DNA of 30,808 nucleotides from Bacteroidales bacterium (GTDB taxonomy: Bacteria > Bacteroidota > Bacteroidia > Bacteroidales > UBA12077). The translations under genes were made by a program, and so were the position numbers. Of the stretch, positions 10,921 through 20,506 are shown piece by piece; position 1 is the first letter of the stretch, and each line of letters starts with the position of its first letter. The stretch lies in the NCBI GenBank assembly GCA_028282585.1, contig JANQHR010000158.1, forward strand, positions 1 through 30,808, in the 5' to 3' direction. The notes under the pieces were generated by a model. The model ran no database searches. It was not told the origin of the DNA and saw nothing but the letters and a program-made list of their open reading frames with translations.

Positions 10921-10953
10921 AACACTGACAGGTCTTAAAGATACTGCCAGGTT
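10921..10953. repeat. Degenerate REP-like palindrome
   Basis: aacactgacaggtcttaaagatactgccaggtt is an imperfect inverted repeat resembling AACCTGACAGGT-N-ACCTGTCAGGTT. A related half site cctatcaggg lies at 10577..10586. Confidence 0.55.
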
Positions 10954-10991
10954 ATAGAATATATTTTAACAGTTGGATCAAAATAAATATT

Positions 10992-10999
10992 TACCTTTG
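10992..10999 (+). promoter_or_regulatory. -7 promoter element for smpB
   Basis: TACCTTTG (TAnnTTTG) ending 22 nt before the smpB ATG. Confidence 0.6.
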
Positions 11000-11021
11000 C
11001 AAACCAGATTATTTAAACTTT

Positions 11022-11471
11022 ATGCAAAGCGCTATCAACATAAAAAATAAAAAAGCATCTTTTAATTATACTTTCGTTGAAAGGTTTACTGCCGGAATTA
11101 AATTGGCCGGAACTGAAATAAAGTCTATCCGTTTAGGTAAAGCCAGTCTGGTTGATGCATATTGCATTTTTATTAATGGAGAACTATTTGTTCGTGGATT
11201 AAATATTACCGAATATGATTATGGAACTCACTATAACCATGATCCCAGACAAGATCGAAAATTGCTGCTAACGAAGCGTGAGTTAAAAAAACTAGAACGT
11301 AAATCAACGGAAAAGGGATTTACTATTGTTGCAACCAGACTTTTTATAAATGAAAGAGGGCTAGCAAAACTTGATATAGCGTTAGCCAAAGGTAAGCAAG
11401 AATTTGATAAACGACACGATATAAAACAAAAAGATCTTAAACGTGATATGGAGCGAATTAGAAAATTCTAA
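11022..11471 (+). CDS. smpB: SsrA-binding protein SmpB
   Basis: [31 protein letters not shown] and [11 protein letters not shown] motifs. Confidence 0.98.
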   Translation: MQSAINIKNKKASFNYTFVERFTAGIKLAGTEIKSIRLGKASLVDAYCIFINGELFVRGLNITEYDYGTHYNHDPRQDRKLLLTKRELKKLERKSTEKGFTIVATRLFINERGLAKLDIALAKGKQEFDKRHDIKQKDLKRDMERIRKF

Positions 11472-11483
11472 TTGAAGGTTTCA

Positions 11484-11499
11484 AATTATGGCCATAATT
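11484..11499. other. Perfect 16-bp palindrome between convergent genes
   Basis: aattatggccataatt is its own reverse complement; function unknown. Confidence 0.5.
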
Positions 11500-11547
11500 G
11501 ATTCAAGGGAATCCTCAGTTTTAAATCCGAAACATTACATTTAAAAC

Positions 11548-12885
11548 CTACTGTGCAAAAAAGAAACTATTCAGATCATATATATCGTCGGTTGTAAACT
11601 CTGAATCGAAATCGAAGAATTCATTGATTGCTTCCAGGAGTTCATCAAAAGATATATAATTGTCTTTATCTTTATCAAGTTTTTTGTACTTCTCAGGAAT
11701 CTCAGCACTGGTCATTTCTGAATATCTGGACCAACCCATGCCTACAGGAACCATATACACTTCTTCCCTATTGACAGCAGCTACATCCTGAAATAAGTTT
11801 TCGCGAATTTTATTAGCGCTTAATGCAGCTCCAAATTCATCAACAATTACCCCTTTGGCCGTAAATTGTTCTTTGTCAATATAATCCGGAACCCCATCAT
11901 TATCACCATCTAGTGGGCAACCAACCGAATCTACCGGAACCCCCCTCGGTGTATCAGGGCAATCATCGGCCAAGTCCAATATTCTATCTCTATCACTGTC
12001 ACCTAACATTACTGCGTCAAATTCAACTTCGGCAAATAATAAATCTTGCCTAATCGTTTTAGGACTTGAGAATAAATCAATATTCATTGAGACGTACGTA
12101 AACGAAAACATGTCAGTTTGGGAATCACCAATAACTCCTCTGGTATTATTTTCATTTATACCATCCAAATCATCAGTAAACGTGTAATGAAAAGAAGAAG
12201 CTAATCGCAGCGCAACCCTGTTACTAACTTTAAAATCAAATCCAGCATCTAAAACAGCGGCATAAGAACTTGCATCGTACTCTCCTGAATTAAGATATGG
12301 ATCATCCGATTTAATATTTGTTTCATATTCATTATCCCAAACAACAATTTCATCACCTATACGAATGGTTCCATCCGTTGCATATTCATATAACATTCCA
12401 TCTTTATTAGCTCTATCTGTTTTTGCTGTAAAACTTGCAATATATTCGGCACCTAATGAAATAAAAGGTACAATCTTTTTCTCTCCTTTGTATATGTTTC
12501 CAAAACTATACTCTATATTTAATCCAACAGATAATAACTCAGTTTCAAAGTTTGCATTTTGATCAGGAAAAGCATAGGAACGTTGTTTTCCTGATAACGT
12601 ACCATATACCAGATTTAGATTAGCTTTCCAGTAATGTCGATTATCCAAAAATTGATATACATTCAATCGAAATGATGGCTGTCCTTGAAGTAAGTTTGCG
12701 TAATCGTTTTTAAGTTCACCATAATAGTTAATTACCCCTGTTCCTATACCAATCACAGGCATATAAACCGGGTTAACAACCTCTACTTCTCGATATAATA
12801 AATCTTCATAGCCCCCTTGGGCTAAAGCAAATTGAGAACTAAAAGCAAAAACTATTAATAGGGGTAAAAACTTTTTAAATCTCAT
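11548..12885 (-). CDS. Outer-membrane beta-barrel protein with thrombospondin type-3 repeats and C-terminal EF-hand-like motif
   Basis: Signal peptide; amphipathic strands (G---YYGEL, HYTFTDDLDG); DSDRDRILDLADDCPDTP-GVPVDSVGCPLDGDNDGVPDYIDKE; DKDKDNYISFDEL. Confidence 0.78.
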   Translation of the reverse strand: MRFKKFLPLLIVFAFSSQFALAQGGYEDLLYREVEVVNPVYMPVIGIGTGVINYYGELKNDYANLLQGQPSFRLNVYQFLDNRHYWKANLNLVYGTLSGKQRSYAFPDQNANFETELLSVGLNIEYSFGNIYKGEKKIVPFISLGAEYIASFTAKTDRANKDGMLYEYATDGTIRIGDEIVVWDNEYETNIKSDDPYLNSGEYDASSYAAVLDAGFDFKVSNRVALRLASSFHYTFTDDLDGINENNTRGVIGDSQTDMFSFTYVSMNIDLFSSPKTIRQDLLFAEVEFDAVMLGDSDRDRILDLADDCPDTPRGVPVDSVGCPLDGDNDGVPDYIDKEQFTAKGVIVDEFGAALSANKIRENLFQDVAAVNREEVYMVPVGMGWSRYSEMTSAEIPEKYKKLDKDKDNYISFDELLEAINEFFDFDSEFTTDDIYDLNSFFFAQ

Positions 12886-12903
12886 GAGATCAATCTAATT
12901 TAA

Positions 12904-14235
12904 TTAACGATACCATTCATGATTCGTAATCATTAATGCTTCCTGCACAGTAATTCTTTTTCCATTGTTATATGCGGAAACAAATGCATCATCAATTGTT
13001 GTTGTATTCCAAATTTGAACTCTATAATCCCGAGCTGCTTTATACAAATAAAAAGATCCAACAGAATACTTTCTCCAACCTTCGTGAAATTCGGTGCGAA
13101 CTTCTTTATCTAAATTATATTTTTTAAAATACCTGTTTATATTAATCGGACGATGACCTGCAGCTATCTGAACTCTGTAATAAACTCCTGATTCGGGTTC
13201 TAACATATTTGTCAGTCTTGTATCTGCTTGAATTAGCTTTAAAGCACTTTCTGCTATTTCTATTTTAACGGTTCCTGAATAATCTTGCGGCTGAACATAA
13301 TCAATCGGAGTTGAAATGCCCTCTTCGGTTGTAGAAAGAATAGCCAATAAATTCTCATCGGATACGTTTTGTAAACTTACATCCCTTTCAATTATTCCAA
13401 TACTCATCGTATTATCGTTTTCGATGTATGAAAATGTGCCATCCAAATTTGGTGACATTGTAACACCTTCATTTGGAACCAATTTATATGACAATACAAA
13501 ATATGAATCTGATGGAAGGTTCATCCAAAGTAATTTTACCGTTTGATCTTTGAAAGTAAAAATTGCATTCTTACTTTCTAATGCTACTGCGGTATATCCT
13601 TCAGGAACTGTTTCCTGAATTTTTGCAAATTTTTCCTTATTTCCTTTATTTACTAATAAGTTTACCTGATATTCATTACTACCATCAGCTAAATAAGGAA
13701 CCTGACGAATGCATTTTACTTGATCAATACCTGATTCAGCAACAAGAACCGGTGCTGCTAATGTTTTAAAGTCATTAACATCTACAACCAGCTTAGGATC
13801 TACGCTTAAACTTGGATTAATTGCAATTGCTTTAGAAGCAACCTGAACAGATTTTCTCTCGTTGTTTGCAATGTATGAAAATGTACCACCTAGATTAAAA
13901 GTACCTTTAAGTCTTTGGTCGACTTTTAGTTTATATGAAACCGTAACTTTTTGTTCTGATGGAAGTTTTAACCAAATGAACTTAACCTTTTGATCTTTAA
14001 AACTAAAATCAGCATTAGCAGTTTTCACAGGCTCTGGAGTTAAACCTCCGGGAATATCCTGTTGGAATCTGGCAAAACTTTCGAAATCAGATTTATCAAG
14101 AGTTACCTCTACTAAAATCTCATTTCCTGCTTCTACTTGCCCGGCAGTGTTCATATAAACACTAACATCTGAAAAAAAAGAATTCAGAATAAAAAGGCCA
14201 AACATATGTACCAGAAGCAATAAATATTTAAACAT
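12904..14235 (-). CDS. Exported protein with two tandem beta-sandwich repeats and C-terminal SPOR-like domain
   Basis: Internal duplication FA(R/K)-Q---P-G...NA-F-FKDQ-VK--W--LP...SYKL...NL-GTFSYI-N; C-terminal YRVQIAAG...KYSVGSF...DAFVSAYNNGKRI. Confidence 0.75.
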   Translation of the reverse strand: MFKYLLLLVHMFGLFILNSFFSDVSVYMNTAGQVEAGNEILVEVTLDKSDFESFARFQQDIPGGLTPEPVKTANADFSFKDQKVKFIWLKLPSEQKVTVSYKLKVDQRLKGTFNLGGTFSYIANNERKSVQVASKAIAINPSLSVDPKLVVDVNDFKTLAAPVLVAESGIDQVKCIRQVPYLADGSNEYQVNLLVNKGNKEKFAKIQETVPEGYTAVALESKNAIFTFKDQTVKLLWMNLPSDSYFVLSYKLVPNEGVTMSPNLDGTFSYIENDNTMSIGIIERDVSLQNVSDENLLAILSTTEEGISTPIDYVQPQDYSGTVKIEIAESALKLIQADTRLTNMLEPESGVYYRVQIAAGHRPININRYFKKYNLDKEVRTEFHEGWRKYSVGSFYLYKAARDYRVQIWNTTTIDDAFVSAYNNGKRITVQEALMITNHEWYR

Positions 14236-14381
14236 TTTAAATCATATTAAGTTCCCAAGACCCAATAAAAATAGCTATTTAAAACAATAATAACAAAATA
14301 TCAACATTAGTTATCAACAAATGTTAATAACTTAAAGTCTTTGTTAATAATTAATAAGTACTGAAAACTAAAAATAATAAA

Positions 14382-15089
14382 TTAAAAGTTTGGACTCAAT
14401 AAATACTTAGAATAAAATTCATTGATTTTATCTACAGCCTCTTCAGCTGTATCAACTATTTGAATAAGGTCAAGATCTTTTTCGCTAATGTTCTTTTCTT
14501 CCTTTAATACAACATCCTTTATCCAAGCCATTAATCCATTCCAATAATCGGAACCAACCAATACTATAGGGAACTTGCCTATTTTTTCGGTTTGAATTAG
14601 TGTAATAGCTTCAAATAATTCGTCAAATGTTCCAAATCCTCCGGGTAATACAATAAAACCTTGCGCATATTTTACAAACATTACTTTTCGCACAAAAAAA
14701 TGTTCAAAGTTTATAAGTTTATCCGGATCAATAAAGAAATTACCTGATTGCTCGAATGGTAAGTCAATATTTAATCCTACTGATTTCCCATTTCCTTTTT
14801 TAGCCCCCATATTTCCAGCTTCCATAATTCCAGGGCCTCCTCCGGTTATAACACCATAACCTTGCTGTGTAAGTTTAAAAGCAATATCTTCAGCTAATTT
14901 AAAGTATTTATTATCAGGTTTTGTTCTAGCTGATCCAAAGATCGAAACACAAGGACCAATTCGCGAAAGCTTGGAAAAACCTTCAACAAATTCTGCCATT
15001 ACTTTAAAAATTGTCCAGGTATCGGTAGTTTGAATTTCATTCCAGTCCTTTTCCTCGAATGCATCCTTAATCTTATCTTCATTTGTCAT
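14382..15089 (-). CDS. LOG-family Rossmann-fold protein (TIGR00730-like nucleotide phosphoribohydrolase)
   Basis: SIFGSAR, TGGGPGIMEA, FFVRK-MF and PGGFGTFDE motifs. Confidence 0.92.
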   Translation of the reverse strand: MTNEDKIKDAFEEKDWNEIQTTDTWTIFKVMAEFVEGFSKLSRIGPCVSIFGSARTKPDNKYFKLAEDIAFKLTQQGYGVITGGGPGIMEAGNMGAKKGNGKSVGLNIDLPFEQSGNFFIDPDKLINFEHFFVRKVMFVKYAQGFIVLPGGFGTFDELFEAITLIQTEKIGKFPIVLVGSDYWNGLMAWIKDVVLKEEKNISEKDLDLIQIVDTAEEAVDKINEFYSKYLLSPNF

Positions 15090-15145
15090 ATATTGTAATT
15101 TTTATGAGCTTCTTTAATTGTAAAATTAATCTTTTCAATGTTACT

Positions 15146-18004
15146 TTATTGAAGTTCTTTGATTAAATATTGAGCTGTATAACTTTCTTTGTTTTTAATA
15201 ATTTCTTCAGGAGTTCCTGTACAAAGTATCTCACCTCCTTTTGCACCACCTTCTTTCCCAAGGTCAATAATATGATCTGCAACTTTAATTACATCTAAGT
15301 TGTGTTCTATTACTATAACCGTATTTCCTTTATCAACAATATTATTCAATACTTTTAACAATACCCTTATGTCTTCAAAATGCAGGCCAGTTGTTGGCTC
15401 ATCTAATATATAAAGTGTTTTACCTGTACTTTTCTTGGCTAATTCCGAAGCTAATTTTACTCTCTGCGATTCACCTCCTGATAAAGTAGTTGATGGTTGT
15501 CCTAAGGTTATATAACCTAATCCAACATTTTGTAAAGCTTTAAGCTTTTGTCTAATTGATGGTACCTGATCAAAAAAATCCACTGCCTGATTAATTGTCA
15601 TATCCAAGACATCACTAATAGATTTCCCTTTAAATTTTACTTCTAAAGTTTCACGATTATATCTTTTTCCATTACAATCTTTGCATTGTACATAAACGTC
15701 TGGCAGGAAATTCATTTCAATTGTTTGCAATCCTGCACCTTGACAAGTTTCGCACCTACCTCCTTTAACATTAAATGAGAACCTACCTGCTTTATAGCCC
15801 CTTATTTTAGATTCCGGTGTTTGTTCGAATAATTTTCTGATATCAGAAAAAACTCCTGTATAAGTAACCGGATTAGATCGGGGTGTCCGCCCCAACGGCG
15901 ATTGATCTACTTCAATTACTTTGTCGATATTTTTAATTCCTTCTATCGACTTGTATTCTAAAGTTTGCTTATTACTTCGATAAAAATGTTTGCTTAAAAT
16001 TGGATGCAGAGTTCCATTTATTAAAGAAGATTTTCCACTTCCCGATACTCCTGTAACACAAATAAATTTACCTAAAGGAAGCTTTAAATCTACATTTTTT
16101 AGGTTGTGCCCACTTGCACCTTTTAATACAATTTCCATACCGTTTCCTTCTCTCCTGGTTTTGGGAACATCTATGCCTTTTGTATTATTCAGATAAGCAG
16201 CAGTTAAAGAACAAGAATTCATTATTTTTTCAGGAGTACCTTCAGCAACGACTTTTCCTCCATGTCTACCAGCCTTCGGACCAAGATCTAAAACGTAATC
16301 GGCTGATAATATCATCTCCTTATCATGTTCTACAACAATGATTGAGTTTCCGGTATCGCGAAGTTGTTTTAACGAATTAATTAGTTTTAAATTATCCTTT
16401 TGATGCAATCCGATACTTGGCTCATCCAAAATATATAAAACATTAACTAATTTTGATCCTACCTGCGTTGCCAAACGAATTCGTTGGCTTTCTCCACCTG
16501 ATAAACTTCTAGCAGTTCGATTCAAAGATAAATAATTCAGTCCTACATCCAATAAAAATGAAATTCGTTCTCTAATTTCCTTCAAAATATCCCGCGCAAT
16601 TACATTTTGCTTTTCGGAAAGATTTTTTTCAATGTTTTTAAACCAGGCAGATAATTCATCAATATCCAGAGATGAAAGCTCGGCTATATTTTTATCAGAA
16701 ACTTTAAAATGAAGTGATTCCTCCTTTAATCGCGCCCCATTACATTTAGGACATGTCACTCGTTTTACAAATTGATCTGTCCATTTTTTGCCACTGTCAG
16801 CTGCTTTTTCCTGTTGAAAATTATTAATATAATTTACAATTCCTTCAAAACTTAAAAAATAATTAGATGATTTACCAAGTGGCGTATTTAACAATTTAAA
16901 GGTTTCATCTGATCCATATAAAATAATATCGAGAGCTTTTTCAGGTATTTTCTTTACCGGAGTATCGAGTGTAAATTTATATTTTGCTGCAATAGCCTCT
17001 AGTTGCCAAAAAATCAGAATATTTTTATACTTACCTAATGGTGTAATTCCTCCACTTTTTATACTTTGACTTGAGTCTGGTATGATCTTTTTAATATCAA
17101 TTTCTCGAACATATCCCAGACCATTACATTTAGGACAAGCTCCTTGAGGTGAATTAAACGAAAAGCTGTGAGGTGCCGGTTCATTATAAGATATACCACT
17201 TGTAGGACACATTAACTTTCGACTAAAATACTTAACATTATCTGTATCTTTTTCCTGGATCATTAATACTCCTTTGCCCTGATCCATAGATGTTTTAACC
17301 GATCTCTTTAGTCTTTTAAGATCACCTTCAGTAATTTTTAATTTATCAATTACCGTTTCGATATGGTGCGTTTTATATCTATCTAACTTTAAGCCATGTG
17401 TTAATTCCGTTATTTTTCCATTAATACGAGCATATAAAAAGCCTTTCTTTCTCATCTGCTCGAAAAGTTCTCTGTAATGACCTTTACGCCCCTTAACCAC
17501 AGGAGCTAGTAATATCACATTTTTACCGGCAAACCGTTCAAGAATCAAGTTTATAATTTGCTCATCGGTATATTTTACCATTTTCTCACCTGTAACATAA
17601 GAATAAGCATCTGACGCCCGAGCAAATAGTAACCTTAAAAAATCATAAATTTCCGTAACAGTTCCAACTGTTGAACGAGGGTTTCTGTTTGTAGTTTTTT
17701 GCTCAATAGAAATAACCGGGCTTAATCCGGTTATCTGATCTACATCGGGGCGTTCCATGTTTCCCAGAAATTGTCGAGCGTAAGCTGATAAAGTTTCGAT
17801 ATACCTTCTTTGGCCTTCGGCATAAATTGTATCAAAAGCCAGCGATGATTTACCACTTCCACTTAATCCTGTGATTACAGTTAACTTATTTCTAGGAATC
17901 GAAACATCGATATTTTTAAGGTTATGAACCCTTGCTCCAAGAACGGTAACCTCCGATGTTTTTTTTACTTTTTCTTCTAATTGCTGAAGTATTTCTTTCT
18001 CCAA
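15146..18004 (-). CDS. uvrA: Excinuclease ABC subunit A
   Basis: Two ABC domains (GLSGSGKSS, GVSGSGKSS, LSGGE twice), CxxC zinc fingers; TTG start. Confidence 0.99.
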   Translation of the reverse strand: MEKEILQQLEEKVKKTSEVTVLGARVHNLKNIDVSIPRNKLTVITGLSGSGKSSLAFDTIYAEGQRRYIETLSAYARQFLGNMERPDVDQITGLSPVISIEQKTTNRNPRSTVGTVTEIYDFLRLLFARASDAYSYVTGEKMVKYTDEQIINLILERFAGKNVILLAPVVKGRKGHYRELFEQMRKKGFLYARINGKITELTHGLKLDRYKTHHIETVIDKLKITEGDLKRLKRSVKTSMDQGKGVLMIQEKDTDNVKYFSRKLMCPTSGISYNEPAPHSFSFNSPQGACPKCNGLGYVREIDIKKIIPDSSQSIKSGGITPLGKYKNILIFWQLEAIAAKYKFTLDTPVKKIPEKALDIILYGSDETFKLLNTPLGKSSNYFLSFEGIVNYINNFQQEKAADSGKKWTDQFVKRVTCPKCNGARLKEESLHFKVSDKNIAELSSLDIDELSAWFKNIEKNLSEKQNVIARDILKEIRERISFLLDVGLNYLSLNRTARSLSGGESQRIRLATQVGSKLVNVLYILDEPSIGLHQKDNLKLINSLKQLRDTGNSIIVVEHDKEMILSADYVLDLGPKAGRHGGKVVAEGTPEKIMNSCSLTAAYLNNTKGIDVPKTRREGNGMEIVLKGASGHNLKNVDLKLPLGKFICVTGVSGSGKSSLINGTLHPILSKHFYRSNKQTLEYKSIEGIKNIDKVIEVDQSPLGRTPRSNPVTYTGVFSDIRKLFEQTPESKIRGYKAGRFSFNVKGGRCETCQGAGLQTIEMNFLPDVYVQCKDCNGKRYNRETLEVKFKGKSISDVLDMTINQAVDFFDQVPSIRQKLKALQNVGLGYITLGQPSTTLSGGESQRVKLASELAKKSTGKTLYILDEPTTGLHFEDIRVLLKVLNNIVDKGNTVIVIEHNLDVIKVADHIIDLGKEGGAKGGEILCTGTPEEIIKNKESYTAQYLIKELQ

Positions 18005-18014
18005 TTTTTAGAAT

Positions 18015-18989
18015 TTAATCTTTAATACTTGTAGAATCAATTTCAAAGTAATCAATAATTTTTGAATAATTTCTATATCCTTCTTTAGGAATTTTAATAA
18101 AATACTCTTTTCCATTTTTATTGGTCAAAAAAGAATCTCTTAACCATGGATTAAAATACTTTAATACTTTGTAGTTTATAGAAAATTTCTTAGCAAAATC
18201 TGCAAAATCAGTTACCGCTGTATCTACTTTAACTTCAAATGTGGGGATAGGATGATATAAATCTTCATGCCGGACATGAAATCCAAAACCTTCAGGATTC
18301 TCCAATATAAGTTTAATTGCCAGAATTCTATATACATAACGACTGGTTTCACTGTTTAAAAGCAGATTATAATAGTTATTTTCTTTTTGCCTGTTTACTT
18401 GCCTAATTAATCCTCTTCTTCCCATATTATATGATGCAGCTGCCATCGCCCAGCTTCCGAAAAGATCATATGCATCATTCAAATATTCACATGCCACTTG
18501 AGTTGATTTTTCAAAATGATAGCGTTCATCAACCTCACTGTTAACCTCTAACCCATAATCTTTTGCAGTACCTTTTAATAACTGCCATATCCCAACTGCC
18601 CCAGCTGGAGAAACTGCATTTTTCAAATCACTTTCTGCCAAAACCAGATATTTAAAATCATCAGGTATTCCATTTTCTTTTAGCATAATTTCAATTTCCG
18701 GAAAATATCTGTAAGCCCGCTTTATAAAAAGTAAGGTTTGTGATTGCCAATAAGTATTTACTAATAATTCTTGATCCAGAGCTTCTCTAACATCAAAATA
18801 ATCCAAAGGTACTAGTTCCCCGGCAAACATAAGACTATCGGGTATTGGTAATGAAAATACCGAATACTTTTTTTGAAATGCCTGATGAAAATAATCATCT
18901 GGTGTACTTTTGTCGTTAACTGAATTAATAAAAATAACAAAAACAATAATTAATACAGAAATAGTTAAAAAGGGAATCTTTTTTTTCAT
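18015..18989 (-). CDS. Lytic murein transglycosylase (MltD-like SLT domain)
   Basis: IPDDFKYL-LAES, SPAGAVGIWQ, VDERYH, AASYNMG, ETSRYV. Start moved to the ATG at 18989 (MKKKIPF); the ORF track starts at 19010. Confidence 0.9.
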   Translation of the reverse strand: MKKKIPFLTISVLIIVFVIFINSVNDKSTPDDYFHQAFQKKYSVFSLPIPDSLMFAGELVPLDYFDVREALDQELLVNTYWQSQTLLFIKRAYRYFPEIEIMLKENGIPDDFKYLVLAESDLKNAVSPAGAVGIWQLLKGTAKDYGLEVNSEVDERYHFEKSTQVACEYLNDAYDLFGSWAMAAASYNMGRRGLIRQVNRQKENNYYNLLLNSETSRYVYRILAIKLILENPEGFGFHVRHEDLYHPIPTFEVKVDTAVTDFADFAKKFSINYKVLKYFNPWLRDSFLTNKNGKEYFIKIPKEGYRNYSKIIDYFEIDSTSIKD

Positions 18990-19093
18990 TGTAAAGCTAA
19001 TTCGATTCAATTTGTTCTTGTAGTTAAGAACAATATTAATACCATAAAGGTTACAAAATTAGATATTTTTTTTAAGCTTAAGTATGAGGAAAA

Positions 19094-20506
19094 TCAGAAA
19101 GAATAATTTATTCCAGTATATATTCCAACTGAGTATGGATGTGACTGAACGGATGAACTTGAATTAATTTCGTTTATATAATATTTTACCGAAGGTTCTA
19201 ATCTAAGATTTAACCTGTTCATTAAAGGATATTCAATACCTAATCCTAATGTTCCATTATAATTAACTGTACTTACTCCTTGTGTTTCTCCAATAATTTC
19301 TTTATTCCCTCCGTATTTTAAATAAACATCATTACCAATTAAAAAATTAGCACCAACTCCACCAATTAAATTTAGGTCTATATTTTTGTCAATCAACTTA
19401 TATCTCAAAAGGAATGGTACTTCTACATATTGAAAATTTTGCTGAATTTCAGCATTCAAATCACTATAAATAGGATCAGATACGTCGGGAGAGCCTTTGC
19501 TATCGGTAAAATTACTAACTCTGCCTAATTTTTCGTCAATAACCACATAAGGTGAATTAAAAGAAACATTTCCAAGTGAATTGGAAATATTGTAAGAATT
19601 GATAAACCGATCTTGATGTTCAACAGATACCATATCATATGCTGCATTAGCATAAACTGCCACATAATCAAATGATTGCCCCATTGTTGTATAATAAACC
19701 CCCGCTTGAATAGTTAACCGATCAATTGCTTTGTATTGAACATTAATTCCCCCTGTGTAAGACATAATTGCATTCTCAGAATCATTATAATAATCTTTAT
19801 CATATGAGCCACCTGTTTCAGCAATATGTCTATATGAATACAAAGGCGAAAACTCCCCTCCTATGGTCCATTTTTGTTTTTCGTCTTTGTGTGTTTCAAC
19901 CGGTTCATTTAAAGCATAGAAATTATGCAAGTTCGGTAAGGAATATATAATTGATTCAACCTTATTTTCTCTAACATCAATTAACTGTGGCTTATTGCTT
20001 TTTAAATTCAACGAAATAGCTACATTTTCAAGTTTTTCCAGTCTGCTTAGTTTTTCCTGGCGTTTATCCTCAGTAAAAGGTTCTATTTTCTCTTTTATAA
20101 CTATTTGCTCAGAACTTTTTTGGGCTGGTTCTGCTTTAGCCAATAAAGGCTCTCGGGTATGTGGCTGTTTATCATGTTTTTCTTTTGAAGTACCTGAATC
20201 TAAATTTTCTTCCCGAATTTCTTTCTCAATTACCTCATTCTTTATTTGCTCCTGATTATTAAAAGTTTCCGAGACTGCAAAACTTTCCTTATCGAGTTTA
20301 TTATTTGAAATATACAACAATGTAGATCCTATAACTACTAATGTAACTATTGTTGCAGCAATTTTATAAAATTTAAATCGCTTAACACTTTTTCTTGAAC
20401 TCAAAGAGTATTCAATAGTATCCCACATACCGTCCGGAGCGGGACGCGAAAAGTCCTTTAATTTATTCCTAAAAACTCCATCTATATGATCAAAATTTGC
20501 TCCCAT
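19094..20506 (-). CDS. Putative trans-envelope anti-sigma factor (cytoplasmic domain, TM, long linker, outer-membrane beta-barrel)
   Basis: IDGVFRNKLKDF--PAP--MWD-I N-terminus, TM KIAATIVTLVVIG, charged low-complexity linker, barrel (YVEVP-LLRY, LEPS--YY) ending in F; TAATG overlap with the ECF sigma. Confidence 0.82.
   Translation of the reverse strand: MGANFDHIDGVFRNKLKDFSRPAPDGMWDTIEYSLSSRKSVKRFKFYKIAATIVTLVVIGSTLLYISNNKLDKESFAVSETFNNQEQIKNEVIEKEIREENLDSGTSKEKHDKQPHTREPLLAKAEPAQKSSEQIVIKEKIEPFTEDKRQEKLSRLEKLENVAISLNLKSNKPQLIDVRENKVESIIYSLPNLHNFYALNEPVETHKDEKQKWTIGGEFSPLYSYRHIAETGGSYDKDYYNDSENAIMSYTGGINVQYKAIDRLTIQAGVYYTTMGQSFDYVAVYANAAYDMVSVEHQDRFINSYNISNSLGNVSFNSPYVVIDEKLGRVSNFTDSKGSPDVSDPIYSDLNAEIQQNFQYVEVPFLLRYKLIDKNIDLNLIGGVGANFLIGNDVYLKYGGNKEIIGETQGVSTVNYNGTLGLGIEYPLMNRLNLRLEPSVKYYINEINSSSSVQSHPYSVGIYTGINYSF

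Noticed and set aside
10547-11547. tmRNA (ssrA) beside smpB
   Set aside because: No GGGG-start/TCCACCA-end tRNA-like domain seen; the gap is better explained by the transposase relic.
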